This document shows positions 33,679-43,864 of a stretch of DNA of 64,000 nt, piece by piece. The position numbers and the translations under genes are program-made. The notes under the pieces are model-generated. The model did not search any database. It was given only the letters and a program-made list of their open reading frames with translations, and was not told the DNA's origin. How positions within the stretch are numbered: position 1 is the stretch's first letter; each line of letters begins with the position of its first letter. This DNA comes from Candidatus Buchananbacteria bacterium (lineage in GTDB: Bacteria > Patescibacteriota > Patescibacteriia > Buchananbacterales > UBA6539), in contig JBAYLH010000005.1 in NCBI GenBank assembly GCA_041664165.1, forward strand, positions 344 to 64,343, given 5' to 3'.

Positions 33679-35193
33679 CTACAAAACTAATTCCGCGTCA
33701 GTTGTAAAATTCAGGCGCAGCCTGATCAAAGCGGCTTCATTATTTTGGCTGGGCAAATAGGTTGAATGCAGTTCGCAATTTTTCAGCTGGTCTAGCATTT
33801 TCAAAGCCTTTTCCGCCATCGGATTGGTCGCGGCCGAAATCGCCAAAGAGATTAGAGTTTCTTCCAAATTAAGCGACCCACTGAGACTGCCTAAATACTC
33901 TTTTTTGAAGGCAATAATTTTTTGAATAACCTGCTCGCTGAGCAGATGAATTTCATCGGGAATATTGGCTAATTTTTTAATCGCATTCAAAATTACGGCC
34001 GACTCCGCGTGGAGCAAAGCCGAGTTTTTACCGGTTATTATCTCGCCATTGGCTAATTCCAGAGCCGCGCCGCAAAAAATATCACCAAAACCATTGCCCT
34101 TAATTTTAGCGGCCGCTTTGGCTTGGCGCGCCGGTTTAACCACCGGCCGGTCAATACTTTCAACGCCGGCTTTGGCCATAATTTTTTTCATCCAGTCAAC
34201 CGTGGTCTGAGTTTCAATGCCTTCCATTCTTTCCTGGTAATAGCGGAAATAACGCCGGATAATTTCCTGCTTGGCCGCGGCGCTGACGACCTTATCATCA
34301 ATAATTCCGACTTTGGCGGTATTGACTCCCATATCAGTTGGCGACTGGTATTGCGTCGCATAATTGCTTTCGCCGACAATCCGGCTGATCATTTCTTTCA
34401 TGATTTTAAAATTTTCAATGTCGCGGTTATAATTAATGGCCGTTACGCCGTAAGCTTTTTGATGGAAAGGATCGATCAAATTGACGTCGCGCAAATCAAC
34501 CGTGGCCGCTTCGTAAGCGGTATTGACCGGATGGCCAAGCGGCAGATTCCAGATCGGAAAAGTTTCAAATTTAGCAAAACCGGAATTGATCTGATTTTGT
34601 TTGTCGTGGTACATTTGCGCCAGACAAAAAGACATTTTCCCCGAACCGCCGCCCGCGCCGGTTACGACAACAATTGATTTTTTGGTTTTAACGTAGGGCT
34701 GTTGGCCATAACCGTCGCGGCTGACGACTTTGTCTAAATCATCAGGATAACCGGAAAGTTCAGCATGAATATAAGTTTCAATTCCCCTGACTTCAAGTTT
34801 TTCTTTCAACCGCTTGGCCAAGCTTTCGCCTTCGAAGCGGCAAATCACCACGGCTCGGACATTCAAACCAAAAGACTTGAAGTCGGCAATATCCTTCAAA
34901 GTCTGGTTATCGTAAGTCAAACCGAAATCCCGGCGCACCCGGCCTTTTTGGATGTCTTTGGCGCTGACGCAATAAATTATCTCAACGTCCTTTAGTTCCT
35001 TCAAAAGCTGAACTTTGGCCGTCGGTTCGTAACCGGGCAAGACTCTGGCCGCGTGTAAATCATAACAAAGCTTGCCGCCGAATTCCAAGTAAAGCTTGCC
35101 ATCAAACTTTTTAACTCTTTCTAAAATGGCTTTAGTTTGGGCTTTAAGGTATTTTGCCGTGTCAAAGCCTTTCTGTTTGTAGAGCGGAATCAT
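33679..35193 (-). CDS. DUF1846 / UPF0371 family protein
   Basis: Collinear match along its ~500-aa length to the recalled UPF0371 pattern: YL..Q...ILERV..FDGKLYLEFGGK...D.HAARVLPGYEP, KFETFPIWNLPLGHPVN, NYNRDIE, GNGFGD..CGAALELANGEIITGKNS. Confidence 0.7.
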   Translation of the reverse strand: MIPLYKQKGFDTAKYLKAQTKAILERVKKFDGKLYLEFGGKLCYDLHAARVLPGYEPTAKVQLLKELKDVEIIYCVSAKDIQKGRVRRDFGLTYDNQTLKDIADFKSFGLNVRAVVICRFEGESLAKRLKEKLEVRGIETYIHAELSGYPDDLDKVVSRDGYGQQPYVKTKKSIVVVTGAGGGSGKMSFCLAQMYHDKQNQINSGFAKFETFPIWNLPLGHPVNTAYEAATVDLRDVNLIDPFHQKAYGVTAINYNRDIENFKIMKEMISRIVGESNYATQYQSPTDMGVNTAKVGIIDDKVVSAAAKQEIIRRYFRYYQERMEGIETQTTVDWMKKIMAKAGVESIDRPVVKPARQAKAAAKIKGNGFGDIFCGAALELANGEIITGKNSALLHAESAVILNAIKKLANIPDEIHLLSEQVIQKIIAFKKEYLGSLSGSLNLEETLISLAISAATNPMAEKALKMLDQLKNCELHSTYLPSQNNEAALIRLRLNFTTDAELVL

Positions 35194-35209
35194 AATATTT
35201 TCTATTCTA

Positions 35210-36838
35210 TCACTTTTTATTTTTCTTTAAAGCGGCATTAATAAACCCAAGAAATAGAGGATGCGGTTTTAACGGCCGGGATTTGAATTCCGGATGAAAC
35301 TGGGTGCCGACAAAATAAGGATGGTTGGGAATTTCAATAATCTCAACCAGCTTTTTGTCCGGCGAAAGACCGGCTAAGACCAGGCCTTTTTTGGTCAATT
35401 TATCGCGATATTCGTTATTAAACTCATAGCGATGGCGGTGGCGCTCAGAAATCCGGCGCGCGCCGTAAAGCTTGGAAGCCTTGGAATTCTTAGCCAAAAT
35501 ACAAGGATAAGCCCCCAGCCTCATGCTATTGCCATATTGCTTTTTGGCCAATTTTTCCGCTTGGTCAGGCATAATATGAATCACCGGATATTTGGTTTTA
35601 GGATCAATCTCAGTCGTGTTTGCCCCTTTGAGACCGGCGACATGGCGGGCAAATTCAATCGTCGCCAGCTGCATCCCATAGCAGAGGCCGAGGTAAGGGA
35701 TATTATTTTCCCGCGCATATTTAATGGCTAAAATTTTGCCTTCAATCCCCCGCTTGCCGAAACCGCCAGGCACGATAATGCCGTCATAATTTTTTAGTTC
35801 TTTGGCCAAACCAGGGTTAGTTTCGTAGCTATCGGAATTAATCCAGTCAATTTTGGCTTTGACGCCATTGGCGGTGGCCGCGTGCTTAATCGACTCAATT
35901 ACCGAAATATAAGCATCCGGCAGGATAAAATCACCGGTGGCAAAATACTTGCCAACCATGCCGATTCTGACTTCTTTTTTGAGATTTTTAATTTTGCGCA
36001 CCATTTTCTCCCAATCCTTCAAATTCTTTTTTCTCGGGCGGAGGCTTAATTTTTTAATAATTTTGTCGCTCAAGCGTTCCTTTTCTAAAATCAAAGGCAC
36101 TTCATAAATTGAATCAACGTCAGGATTGGCAATCACGGCGTCTTTGTCAACACTGCAGAAAACCTGAAGTTTTTTCTTCCGCGGTTCGTCAACCGGCTTT
36201 TCCGAGCGGCAAATAATAAAATCCGGCTGAATCCCAACGGCATTAAGCTGCTGGGTGGCGTATTGAGTCGGCTTGGTTTTCATTTCGCCAAGTTTGCTCG
36301 GAATCGGCAGATAACTGACCAAAACGAATAAAACATCCTTAGGGTTTTGGTAATGCATCAGCCTGGCCGCTTCCAAAAACATCACGTTCTGGAATTCACC
36401 GACGGTCCCGCCGATTTCCACGATGGTAACGTCGGCCTTGGCTTTCAGGGCGGCGGTTTTAATCCGGCGGATTGCCTCTTGCGGAATATGAGGCACGGCC
36501 TCAACACATTTGCCGCCATACTCAAAATTTCTTTCCCGGGAAATCACTGACTGATAAACCCGGCCGGAAGTCATATAGTTAGTCCGGTAAATATTAATTT
36601 CTAAAAATCTTTCATAATTACCGACGTCCTGATCGGTTTCATCGCCGTCTTCGGTTACAAAAACTTCGCCGTGTTCGGTCGGATTCATGGTTCCGGCGTC
36701 AACATTGATGTAAGGATCGATTTTTAGGGCAGTAACTTTAAATCCCCGCGCTTGCAAAATCAGACCGATTGAAGCGGAAGTAATCCCCTTGCCTACTCCT
36801 GACATTACTCCGCCGATGACAAAGATGTATTTTGACAT
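35210..36838 (-). CDS. pyrG: CTP synthase
   Basis: N-terminal synthetase domain (KYIFVIGGVMSGVGKGI) and C-terminal glutamine amidotransferase domain (GLCYGMQ, HPEF). Confidence 0.95.
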   Translation of the reverse strand: MSKYIFVIGGVMSGVGKGITSASIGLILQARGFKVTALKIDPYINVDAGTMNPTEHGEVFVTEDGDETDQDVGNYERFLEINIYRTNYMTSGRVYQSVISRERNFEYGGKCVEAVPHIPQEAIRRIKTAALKAKADVTIVEIGGTVGEFQNVMFLEAARLMHYQNPKDVLFVLVSYLPIPSKLGEMKTKPTQYATQQLNAVGIQPDFIICRSEKPVDEPRKKKLQVFCSVDKDAVIANPDVDSIYEVPLILEKERLSDKIIKKLSLRPRKKNLKDWEKMVRKIKNLKKEVRIGMVGKYFATGDFILPDAYISVIESIKHAATANGVKAKIDWINSDSYETNPGLAKELKNYDGIIVPGGFGKRGIEGKILAIKYARENNIPYLGLCYGMQLATIEFARHVAGLKGANTTEIDPKTKYPVIHIMPDQAEKLAKKQYGNSMRLGAYPCILAKNSKASKLYGARRISERHRHRYEFNNEYRDKLTKKGLVLAGLSPDKKLVEIIEIPNHPYFVGTQFHPEFKSRPLKPHPLFLGFINAALKKNKK

Positions 36839-36922
36839 AATATTAAAGCGATAAACCCCGCATCCCGCGGGGTTTTTTAGTTATTATTGAAATTAAATTT
36901 TTTGAAAACGATGCTGGCCATT

Positions 36923-37363
36923 TTATTCCGGACTAATGATTAAGGTAATCCTGGCTTCCAAGCCATGAGCCAGGCTGATAACTATTTCATGTTCGCCGAT
37001 CTCTTTGATTTGGCCGGCCTTAATTTGATCTTTGGCAACGTTAAAGCCCTTTTCCTTCAAAGCCGCCGCAATTTTAGCCACCGATACCGCCGCATACAAA
37101 GATCCCTGTTCGCTAGCCTTGGCGTTAATCTCTACTGTCTGGCCTTCCAGTCTTTGAGCCAAACTTTCCACTTTCACCAAATCAGTTTCCGCCTCTTGGG
37201 CTTCTTTGGCCTTCTTGATTTCCACTTCTTTAATGGCTTGATCCGTTGCTTCTTTGGCTAAACCTTTGGGAATTAAAAAATTCCGAGCGTAACCGAGGGC
37301 CACGTCTTTAATGTCATAAGCTTCGCCCAAGGTTGGTACTTTTTTCAGTAGAATTACTTTCAT
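36923..37363 (-). CDS. rplI: 50S ribosomal protein L9
   Basis: MKVILLKKVPTLGEAYDIKDVALGYARNFLIPKGLA ... a canonical bL9. Confidence 0.85.
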   Translation of the reverse strand: MKVILLKKVPTLGEAYDIKDVALGYARNFLIPKGLAKEATDQAIKEVEIKKAKEAQEAETDLVKVESLAQRLEGQTVEINAKASEQGSLYAAVSVAKIAAALKEKGFNVAKDQIKAGQIKEIGEHEIVISLAHGLEARITLIISPE

Positions 37364-37421
37364 GAAGGTTAGTTTAGCGCGCCAGGTTGATTAACTTGAT
37401 CTCTTAATTAACTCAATTCAC

Positions 37422-37697
37422 TTATCTTATCTTAAAATCAGAAAACTGGCTAGTCGGATCTGACCAGTTTTGTTCAATTTTTGAGACTTGAGCAGTCCCA
37501 ACTCCATTATAGCACCAATTTAAAAAATCTTTCAAGTCCGTTTCTGCCCCTTCGAGCACCAATTTAACCGTTCCATCAGACTCGTTTATCGCGTAGCCGG
37601 TGAAACCTCTCTTTTTAGCTTCTTTTTGGCTTAGATAGCGAAAGCCAACGCCCTGAACCAGGCCATGGATTTTCAGTGTTAGCTGCTTTTTCTGCAT
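37422..37697 (-). CDS. acyP: acylphosphatase
   Basis: VQGVGFR motif and GYA/V.N motif; 91 aa. Confidence 0.85.
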   Translation of the reverse strand: MQKKQLTLKIHGLVQGVGFRYLSQKEAKKRGFTGYAINESDGTVKLVLEGAETDLKDFLNWCYNGVGTAQVSKIEQNWSDPTSQFSDFKIR

Positions 37698-37791
37698 AGT
37701 AATTAAAGGCGACCCCGCTTTTTTACCAATCCGCCGCTGGCGGAAGTGGGCTATTCAAGCCAGCTAAAACCGGGTTATCTAAATTTATATT

Positions 37792-39228
37792 TTATATTTT
37801 TCTCACCACGCCATTATCCGCATCGACTTCCACTTTGTCACCGTCTTTTAAAATTTTGGTTGAGATCTTAGTCCCAACAATACAAGGTATCTTTAATTCT
37901 CTGGCAACAATCGCCGCATGACAAGTCAAACCGCCTTCATCGGTAACTATTGCCGCCGCCTTTTTCATAATCGGCAGCATCTCCGGCCGGGTCATACCGG
38001 TAACCAAAATATCGCCTGATTTCATTTTGTAAAAGCCGCTTTCGCCAAATATCACCTTAACTTCACCTGAAACTTTGCCGCCCGAAGCGACTGTCCCGGA
38101 AATTTTATCAAGCCGGCCATGAATTTTTTTGAACTCTTTTGGGATTCGTTTTTTCGCGTCATTGCCGCTGTAAACTTTAAAAAATTTCTTTTGGTAATCC
38201 ACGTCCAAAATCATAAACTCTTTTCTTTTTTTCAATTCCGCTAAGTTAAAACTTTTTCCATTTTTTAAAACCAGGAGCTCTTCAAGCGTAAAAAATTGAA
38301 GATCCGATAAGCGATAGCCGAATCTTTTTGCCAATTCTTCGCGAATGTCGTCGGCATAAAATATTGACTTGACAAAAATTTCTTTCCGCCGGTCACGCAA
38401 TGGCCCGATTTCATCAACAATATCAATCAACTGCCGGGTTTTTTTATCAAACTTGTACTTTTTAATGATCTGTTTTTTCCGTTTCTCCAAATTTTTCTTA
38501 AAATCCGCCAGGTGTTTTAATTCTTCAGTCAAATTTTTATGCTGTTTGATCAATTCATTGATTCTTTTTGCAAAATAATCGGCATCGACTAGCTTTTTGC
38601 CGCTATGGCCGGTTGCCAGCCATTCATATTTTTTAAGATGGTTGTCTAAATCCTTTTGAATTTTTCGGCCGCTTCTTTTTTTAATCGCTAACCTGATTAA
38701 CTTTTGGGCTTCCAAATTTAAGTAACTGATGTCGGGAATTGCCGCTGAATCGGAAAATTCATCGCTGGAAAGTTTATATTTCATTAATTCTTTTTCAAAA
38801 ATCCGGGGCAAAACGTAATCAAAAGCTTCGGCAAAAAAACCGTAGCTAAACATTTCTTTGTAGCATTTCGTAAAGAAGTCCAAATGACCAAATAAGGCAT
38901 CAACCGACATCGCTGACGGGTTTTTTTGCCGGTACTCCAAGATTTTTTTATCCAATTTTGACTTTAATCCGGCTAATCCTATTTTGATTTTAGCCCTGAA
39001 CTTTTTAGCTTTAAATTTGTTATAGCATTTATTGCCAATTACGATATTGTCTTTAATTAGAGTACTCCATCTAAACGGCTGATTTTTTTCCAAAATTACC
39101 AAATTGCGATCAAAGCCAAACCCGTAAATTTTTCGCATGCCGACAGTCATCGCCCAGGCCGCTTCCGGACAAATCCAATAAATCGCCTCGGCTTCGTCAA
39201 TATCCCATTTCGGATTTGTTTTTTTCAT
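37792..39228 (-). CDS. PEP-utilizer paralog 1: divergent N-terminal domain plus C-terminal phospho-histidine swivel domain (rifampicin-phosphotransferase-like C-terminal half)
   Basis: The C-terminal ~100 aa (GDILVTGMTRPEMLPIMKKAAAIVTDEGGLTCHAAIVARELKIPCIVGT) is a PEP-utilizer mobile domain with the catalytic His. It begins 10-14 nt after the stop codon of the PPDK_N gene. Confidence 0.7.
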   Translation of the reverse strand: MKKTNPKWDIDEAEAIYWICPEAAWAMTVGMRKIYGFGFDRNLVILEKNQPFRWSTLIKDNIVIGNKCYNKFKAKKFRAKIKIGLAGLKSKLDKKILEYRQKNPSAMSVDALFGHLDFFTKCYKEMFSYGFFAEAFDYVLPRIFEKELMKYKLSSDEFSDSAAIPDISYLNLEAQKLIRLAIKKRSGRKIQKDLDNHLKKYEWLATGHSGKKLVDADYFAKRINELIKQHKNLTEELKHLADFKKNLEKRKKQIIKKYKFDKKTRQLIDIVDEIGPLRDRRKEIFVKSIFYADDIREELAKRFGYRLSDLQFFTLEELLVLKNGKSFNLAELKKRKEFMILDVDYQKKFFKVYSGNDAKKRIPKEFKKIHGRLDKISGTVASGGKVSGEVKVIFGESGFYKMKSGDILVTGMTRPEMLPIMKKAAAIVTDEGGLTCHAAIVARELKIPCIVGTKISTKILKDGDKVEVDADNGVVRKI

Positions 39229-39242
39229 ACTTATTTATAACC

Positions 39243-40235
39243 TTATAATGTCGTTATTGGCCGGCTTTGAGTAATGTAAAATTTGCCCTTGGCAAAAGCC
39301 CACTCAATATCCTGCGGCTTTTTATAATGTTTTTCAATCGCCAGACAAATTTTGGCCAGCTCAATTATTTGTCTGCCGGACAGCACTTGAGTTTCCTGTT
39401 TGTTTTTCGGCACCGGCCGCCAAATATTGCCGCCGTTAATTCCTTTTTTTACCAGCATTCTTTTTTGCTCAGAGACATTAATATCAATACTGCTGAAATC
39501 CCGTTTGTCAATCACGTAGCTGTCAGGCGTAATTTGGCCGGAAACAATCGCTTCGCCCAAGCCAAAACCCGCTTCAATAATCATCTGATTTTTATCTTTG
39601 GTAACAGGGTGAACCGTAAAAGTAATCCCGGAAATTTCCGAATCAACCATTTGCTGAACCACGACGGCGACTGAAACTTTCTGGTCGCTTAATTTTTTTT
39701 CATAGCGGTAAAAAATCGCCCGCGGCGTGAAAAGCGACGACCAGCAGAGTCCGACATTTTTTAGCAATGTTTTTTCGGTTGTGTTTAAATAAGTTTCCAG
39801 TTCCCCGGCCCAGGAAGCCACGCTTGAATCTTCCGCCGTCGCCGAAGACCTGACGGCGACATACTTGGTTTTAAGTTTTTTAAATTCCTGTTTTATTTCT
39901 TCGGCTAAAACTTTGGGAATTTTGGTATCAACCATAATATCCCGGATGATATTGGAAGCCTGGTCAATTGAATTGGTGTCTTTAAAATTAACTTTTTTCA
40001 AATTGGCAGCGACTTCCAAACCCACCTCGGCCACTTCTTTTCTGGTTTTCAGGCTCAAAAAATACTCAAAAGCCTCGGCTAAAATCACAAACCCCGGCGG
40101 CACCGGAATTTTGGCTTTAGTCATTTCGCCAAGCGAAGCGCCTTTGCCGCCGGCGATGCCAACGTCAATTTTGGAAATTTGCGAAAATGGCTTGATGAAT
40201 TTAGACATAGATTTAATATCCTTGAGGTTTCCCAT
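39243..40235 (-). CDS. stand-alone PEP-utilizer ATP-binding domain (PPDK_N-like ATP-grasp), 330 aa
   Basis: GGKGASLGEM nucleotide-binding start. The size and ordering of the QQMVDSE.SG..F and IEWA blocks match the N-terminal domain of PEP synthase / pyruvate phosphate dikinase / rifampicin phosphotransferase. Confidence 0.7.
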   Translation of the reverse strand: MGNLKDIKSMSKFIKPFSQISKIDVGIAGGKGASLGEMTKAKIPVPPGFVILAEAFEYFLSLKTRKEVAEVGLEVAANLKKVNFKDTNSIDQASNIIRDIMVDTKIPKVLAEEIKQEFKKLKTKYVAVRSSATAEDSSVASWAGELETYLNTTEKTLLKNVGLCWSSLFTPRAIFYRYEKKLSDQKVSVAVVVQQMVDSEISGITFTVHPVTKDKNQMIIEAGFGLGEAIVSGQITPDSYVIDKRDFSSIDINVSEQKRMLVKKGINGGNIWRPVPKNKQETQVLSGRQIIELAKICLAIEKHYKKPQDIEWAFAKGKFYITQSRPITTL

Positions 40236-41514
40236 CTTTAATCAAAAAGAATCTACTGCCATCATCTTTTTCGCACTCAACGTTCACTTCGCCCATCAAT
40301 ATCATGTCGCAATGGACTTTAGCTCTATTAAAACTAGGGTGGCTTTTGGGAACTCCCATTGAGCCGTTACTGCCAACGGCAATATGAACCGTGCCATACA
40401 TCTTTTCGCCTTCGCTTGACCCGACGTCTTTGGCTTCTTTTCCCCGGCAAGCCATAGTGTTTGTTCCAATACCCAATTCCGCCAAGCGATAAGCATCATT
40501 ATGGCCATTATTACCGGCATTCAAATATGCTTTTACCGATTCAACTAAAGGATTGCCGGTATCATCGCTAATCGGCCGGTTATTGATTTCAGTTACCTCT
40601 CCATTTGCAATAGTCAGCCTTACCGGTCCGTGCTCGTTAACCGCATCAAGCATGTGCTCGCCGCCAATCGGGCCGTTAATCACTAAACTCCCGCTGCTGC
40701 CTTCCCAATTTGGCGAGCAGGCCCATTCGCCGATTGGATAATTACCCATCGAACCCGGCTTGGTAAAATCTTCACTCTCATAGCCCTTGGTCTCCTTAAT
40801 GATTGGCAGCCAAAGGTCGGTGCCGGCCAATGAAGTGAGATGAACTCTTTCAACATTTTTCATCAACTCATTGACTTTATCATCTCTTTCTAAAATTGCT
40901 TCCGCTGACTCCTCCACTGCGCCCTCGGTTAAAATCTCATGGGGATTCTTTCCTTTGGTAATTGAAATGATCCGACAGGCATTCTGGCGGGCAAATTGTT
41001 CCAATTTTTCCCATTGCTCATCAGATAATTTATCTTCCAGACCGGCTAGCTGGCTCTTACTTCTGGCGGCTGACAAAGTGGCGTCTAATTTTTCCCGGTC
41101 AGCAATACTGCGGATTGCCGCCCCGGTTTCTTTTGAGTGCGACCGCGACATGGAAGTAATAATTAATATTGGCGCCTGGCGCTGACTTTCCATTTCTGCC
41201 TCTACATAATCACCCATATCTTCAGCTGATCTTTCCGATTCGGTCAAAACTCTGATTCTAAAATTACCCCTAGCTTTATGTCCAGCCGTCATTGCTTCTA
41301 ATTCGCCTTGAATAGCGGCAATTAATTCCGGCTGAGACTCCATAACGCCGGTATCGGTAATTACCGTCATAGTTTCTTTTTTTGGATCAAAACCGAAGGA
41401 TCCAATAATATTTTTAGCAACCACTGCCATTCTTTCTAATCTTTCCTTTTGTTCAGGGTTTAACTCTTGGGCTGGTAAAAAATTTTCGGCAATCCCCTTC
41501 AAACTTCTTTTCAT
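40213..41514 (-). CDS. putative M29-family aminopeptidase (AmpS/aminopeptidase T-like)
   Basis: About 430 aa with a C-terminal GTVHIAVGSN ... HCDMIL metal-site-like pattern. Start taken at the Met of MKRSLKG (41514); the track ORF extends to 41586. The similarity is recalled, not searched. Confidence 0.4.
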   Translation of the reverse strand: MKRSLKGIAENFLPAQELNPEQKERLERMAVVAKNIIGSFGFDPKKETMTVITDTGVMESQPELIAAIQGELEAMTAGHKARGNFRIRVLTESERSAEDMGDYVEAEMESQRQAPILIITSMSRSHSKETGAAIRSIADREKLDATLSAARSKSQLAGLEDKLSDEQWEKLEQFARQNACRIISITKGKNPHEILTEGAVEESAEAILERDDKVNELMKNVERVHLTSLAGTDLWLPIIKETKGYESEDFTKPGSMGNYPIGEWACSPNWEGSSGSLVINGPIGGEHMLDAVNEHGPVRLTIANGEVTEINNRPISDDTGNPLVESVKAYLNAGNNGHNDAYRLAELGIGTNTMACRGKEAKDVGSSEGEKMYGTVHIAVGSNGSMGVPKSHPSFNRAKVHCDMILMGEVNVECEKDDGSRFFLIKDGKPQGY

Positions 41515-41524
41515 ATTATTATTT

Positions 41525-42349
41525 TTATTTTTTAGAGTTGCATAAAGCCACGGCATGGACGATATGCCAAAAAAAATCTTTTTCATTTCTCGTACCGTCT
41601 TCGTAAACTACGCCCAAATCCAAGTAGTTAGCTGACAACATATTCCAACCCCCCAAATAGAGCAGAGCTTTGATCCAGGAATTGCCAACCAGACCGGTGG
41701 AAGGAACAATTAGATTCCTGCCTTCCCAAACAGCGGTTTCGTACTCCATGTAATATTCTTTGGCATCATAACCTTTGTTGGTTAAATATTCATAAAATTG
41801 AGTGCATTGTTCGCTGATGTTATCCAAAATTTGGTATTCGCCGTGGTGGCTGGACGGCCGCAAAATCCCCATAACTGCAATTTTTGGTTCAATGCCGAAA
41901 TCTTCCTTCATGTGCCTAATCGTTCTTTCAACTTCATAAATTTTATCTTCTAAGTTCAAACCTTGATAAACCGAGCAGGTAGACAGAAAAAAATTATAAT
42001 CGCCTTTCTGCATTATGCCGCCAAACACCTTGCGATTGCTGGGAATGGGCTCAATTCCGAATTCTTTATAAAATACACTCAAGGTAGTTGAGTCTTTTAC
42101 TTGTCCCCTGACAATTCCTTCAACTTTGCCGTCTTTTAACAATTTAATTAAGATTTCACTTGATTTATCTTGATCCGGTTCGACAATATTTTCAAAGCCT
42201 TTTACTTTCGCGCCGACCACGACTAAATCGGCAAATTTTGAGGCCTTTTTTAGGCTTTTGATCGTTTCCGGAATCGGCCGCATAATTGCAATACCAATTT
42301 TTCTTTTTTGTTTTTTAGCTTGGGTTAAAAAAATTTTGGTAAAGTCCAT
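41525..42349 (-). CDS. phosphate acyltransferase (Pta/Ptb-like) family protein
   Basis: KRKIGIAIMRPIPETIKSLKKA ... VVVG ... KIAVMGIL resembles the PTA_PTB fold organisation. Start trimmed to the Met of MDFTKIF. Confidence 0.3.
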   Translation of the reverse strand: MDFTKIFLTQAKKQKRKIGIAIMRPIPETIKSLKKASKFADLVVVGAKVKGFENIVEPDQDKSSEILIKLLKDGKVEGIVRGQVKDSTTLSVFYKEFGIEPIPSNRKVFGGIMQKGDYNFFLSTCSVYQGLNLEDKIYEVERTIRHMKEDFGIEPKIAVMGILRPSSHHGEYQILDNISEQCTQFYEYLTNKGYDAKEYYMEYETAVWEGRNLIVPSTGLVGNSWIKALLYLGGWNMLSANYLDLGVVYEDGTRNEKDFFWHIVHAVALCNSKK

Positions 42350-42359
42350 ACATTTTAAG

Positions 42360-43133
42360 TTAATCATTAAAGATAAAAATTGGCTCCTGATAATGCCTGA
42401 TTTTATTTTCTTCAAACCTTTTTTTAATCAAGTTTTGCAGCTGCTGATTTTTCCAAGTTAAGCCCTTACTGCTTTTCAAAATAACTATCGGCAAATCAAT
42501 TCGTAAAGCCCGGCCGGAAACAAGATGGCGCGTAATCCCCGAGGGCACCTTGAGGTTTTTTTCCGCTACCAAAATGATATCTTGCGGCGTAAACTTAGGA
42601 AAAACAATTAAAGTTTTATTTTCGCCGTTAACCGAAAAATCGCTGGCATTATCCAAGCGATAAAATTTATAACGCTTGGCGTATAAATCAACAATTTTAT
42701 TTAAAGCTTCAATCTGCGTAAAAAAATCTTTCTTTTTAATCGGCCGGCAAACAATTTTATTGCCTCGCAATTTAAATTTCTTAGCCATCGGCTTGCTGAC
42801 CATTTTTTTGATCTGGCTAAAAAAATCTCTGGCCTTGATGCCGGCAACTAAATGATTCCAAGTTTTTAATTCCAGCCCCGGTTGCTGGTAATCAATGACT
42901 TGCACTAAAATATCTTTAAATCCCAATTGACGAAAAACTGTGGTCCGGTTTGCTCCGTCTAAAACGACAAATTTCCCCGACTTGCTGATTGGTGCTACGA
43001 CGGGCGGATTGGTAAAAATATCGTCTTTTTTTATTTTGGCCGCCAACCTTTTGACCCGGTTGGGATCAACATCTTCATGCAAAACCAAATTCGATAAACT
43101 GACAATTTTTAAATTAGGTAAATTTTTGGTCAT
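42360..43133 (-). CDS. ParB/sulfiredoxin-like nuclease-domain protein
   Basis: LVLHEDVDPNRVKRL ... PPVVA ... FVVLDGANRTTVFRQLG matches the ParB N-terminal (ParBc) core. Confidence 0.4.
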   Translation of the reverse strand: MTKNLPNLKIVSLSNLVLHEDVDPNRVKRLAAKIKKDDIFTNPPVVAPISKSGKFVVLDGANRTTVFRQLGFKDILVQVIDYQQPGLELKTWNHLVAGIKARDFFSQIKKMVSKPMAKKFKLRGNKIVCRPIKKKDFFTQIEALNKIVDLYAKRYKFYRLDNASDFSVNGENKTLIVFPKFTPQDIILVAEKNLKVPSGITRHLVSGRALRIDLPIVILKSSKGLTWKNQQLQNLIKKRFEENKIRHYQEPIFIFND

Positions 43134-43139
43134 ACTTAA

Positions 43140-43772
43140 TTACTTAAACTTTTTTTCATTAGCCAGCAAATCTTTTAAGTTGCCAATCTGCCACCAGTCA
43201 GCTTTTTTAGCTAACCCTGAATTATTATTCAAAATATGGTAAATTCGCCGGGAAAAACCAAGATATTTTTTCTGCACTAATTTTACCGCTTCAATAAACA
43301 TTTGGCAATTTGTCAATTTATCATCGGTATAAACGACCGTTTTATAGCCTTGCTGATATTTCTTTTGCAAATAACCAACTAGCATCTCTTCGGTCTTTTT
43401 GTTGGTCTCGCCGTAGTCAAAAGTGGTATTGATTTTTTGAAAATATTTCCGAAAATCAAAGCCAGTTTTTGGCACCAAATACGCCGCTCGCCAATCCATC
43501 TGCTCCGGCACGCCCGTGGTAAAGGCTTCGTTATGCTTTGCCAAAATTAATGCTTCTTTTGCCCCCGGCTGCAGTTTGAGCTGAAAATACCAGCCTTTTT
43601 CATAAGGAATTTGATACGTCTCTTCATATTCACGGTCAGAAACTTCAGAAATTTTTTTACCCAGTTGAGCCGCCACCCAGGCATCGTAATTTGGCCAGCC
43701 GGTTTTTTCTTTATCCCAAACCTCATAAAAAATCGTGCCCGCCAAATCCCAAAGATAAAGAGTCTTATTCAT
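43140..43772 (-). CDS. hypothetical protein (possible degenerate HAD-like fold)
   Basis: LYLWDLAGTIF resembles HAD motif I, but the second Asp is Ala. No other motif recognised. Confidence 0.25.
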   Translation of the reverse strand: MNKTLYLWDLAGTIFYEVWDKEKTGWPNYDAWVAAQLGKKISEVSDREYEETYQIPYEKGWYFQLKLQPGAKEALILAKHNEAFTTGVPEQMDWRAAYLVPKTGFDFRKYFQKINTTFDYGETNKKTEEMLVGYLQKKYQQGYKTVVYTDDKLTNCQMFIEAVKLVQKKYLGFSRRIYHILNNNSGLAKKADWWQIGNLKDLLANEKKFK

Positions 43773-43864
43773 ATTTTAATTTATCTCAATTTTTTCTGAA
43801 TCTATTATTTTGCCATCATTATCAAATTTAAATTGCTCACAGAAATGCGGCACTTCTTCCGCTG

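Noticed and set aside
39243-40235. Calling the stand-alone PPDK_N gene a bona fide PEP synthase (ppsA)
   Set aside because: It has only the ATP-binding domain. The PEP/pyruvate TIM-barrel domain is not detectably present in it or in the adjacent paralog. The PEP synthase name would over-interpret it.
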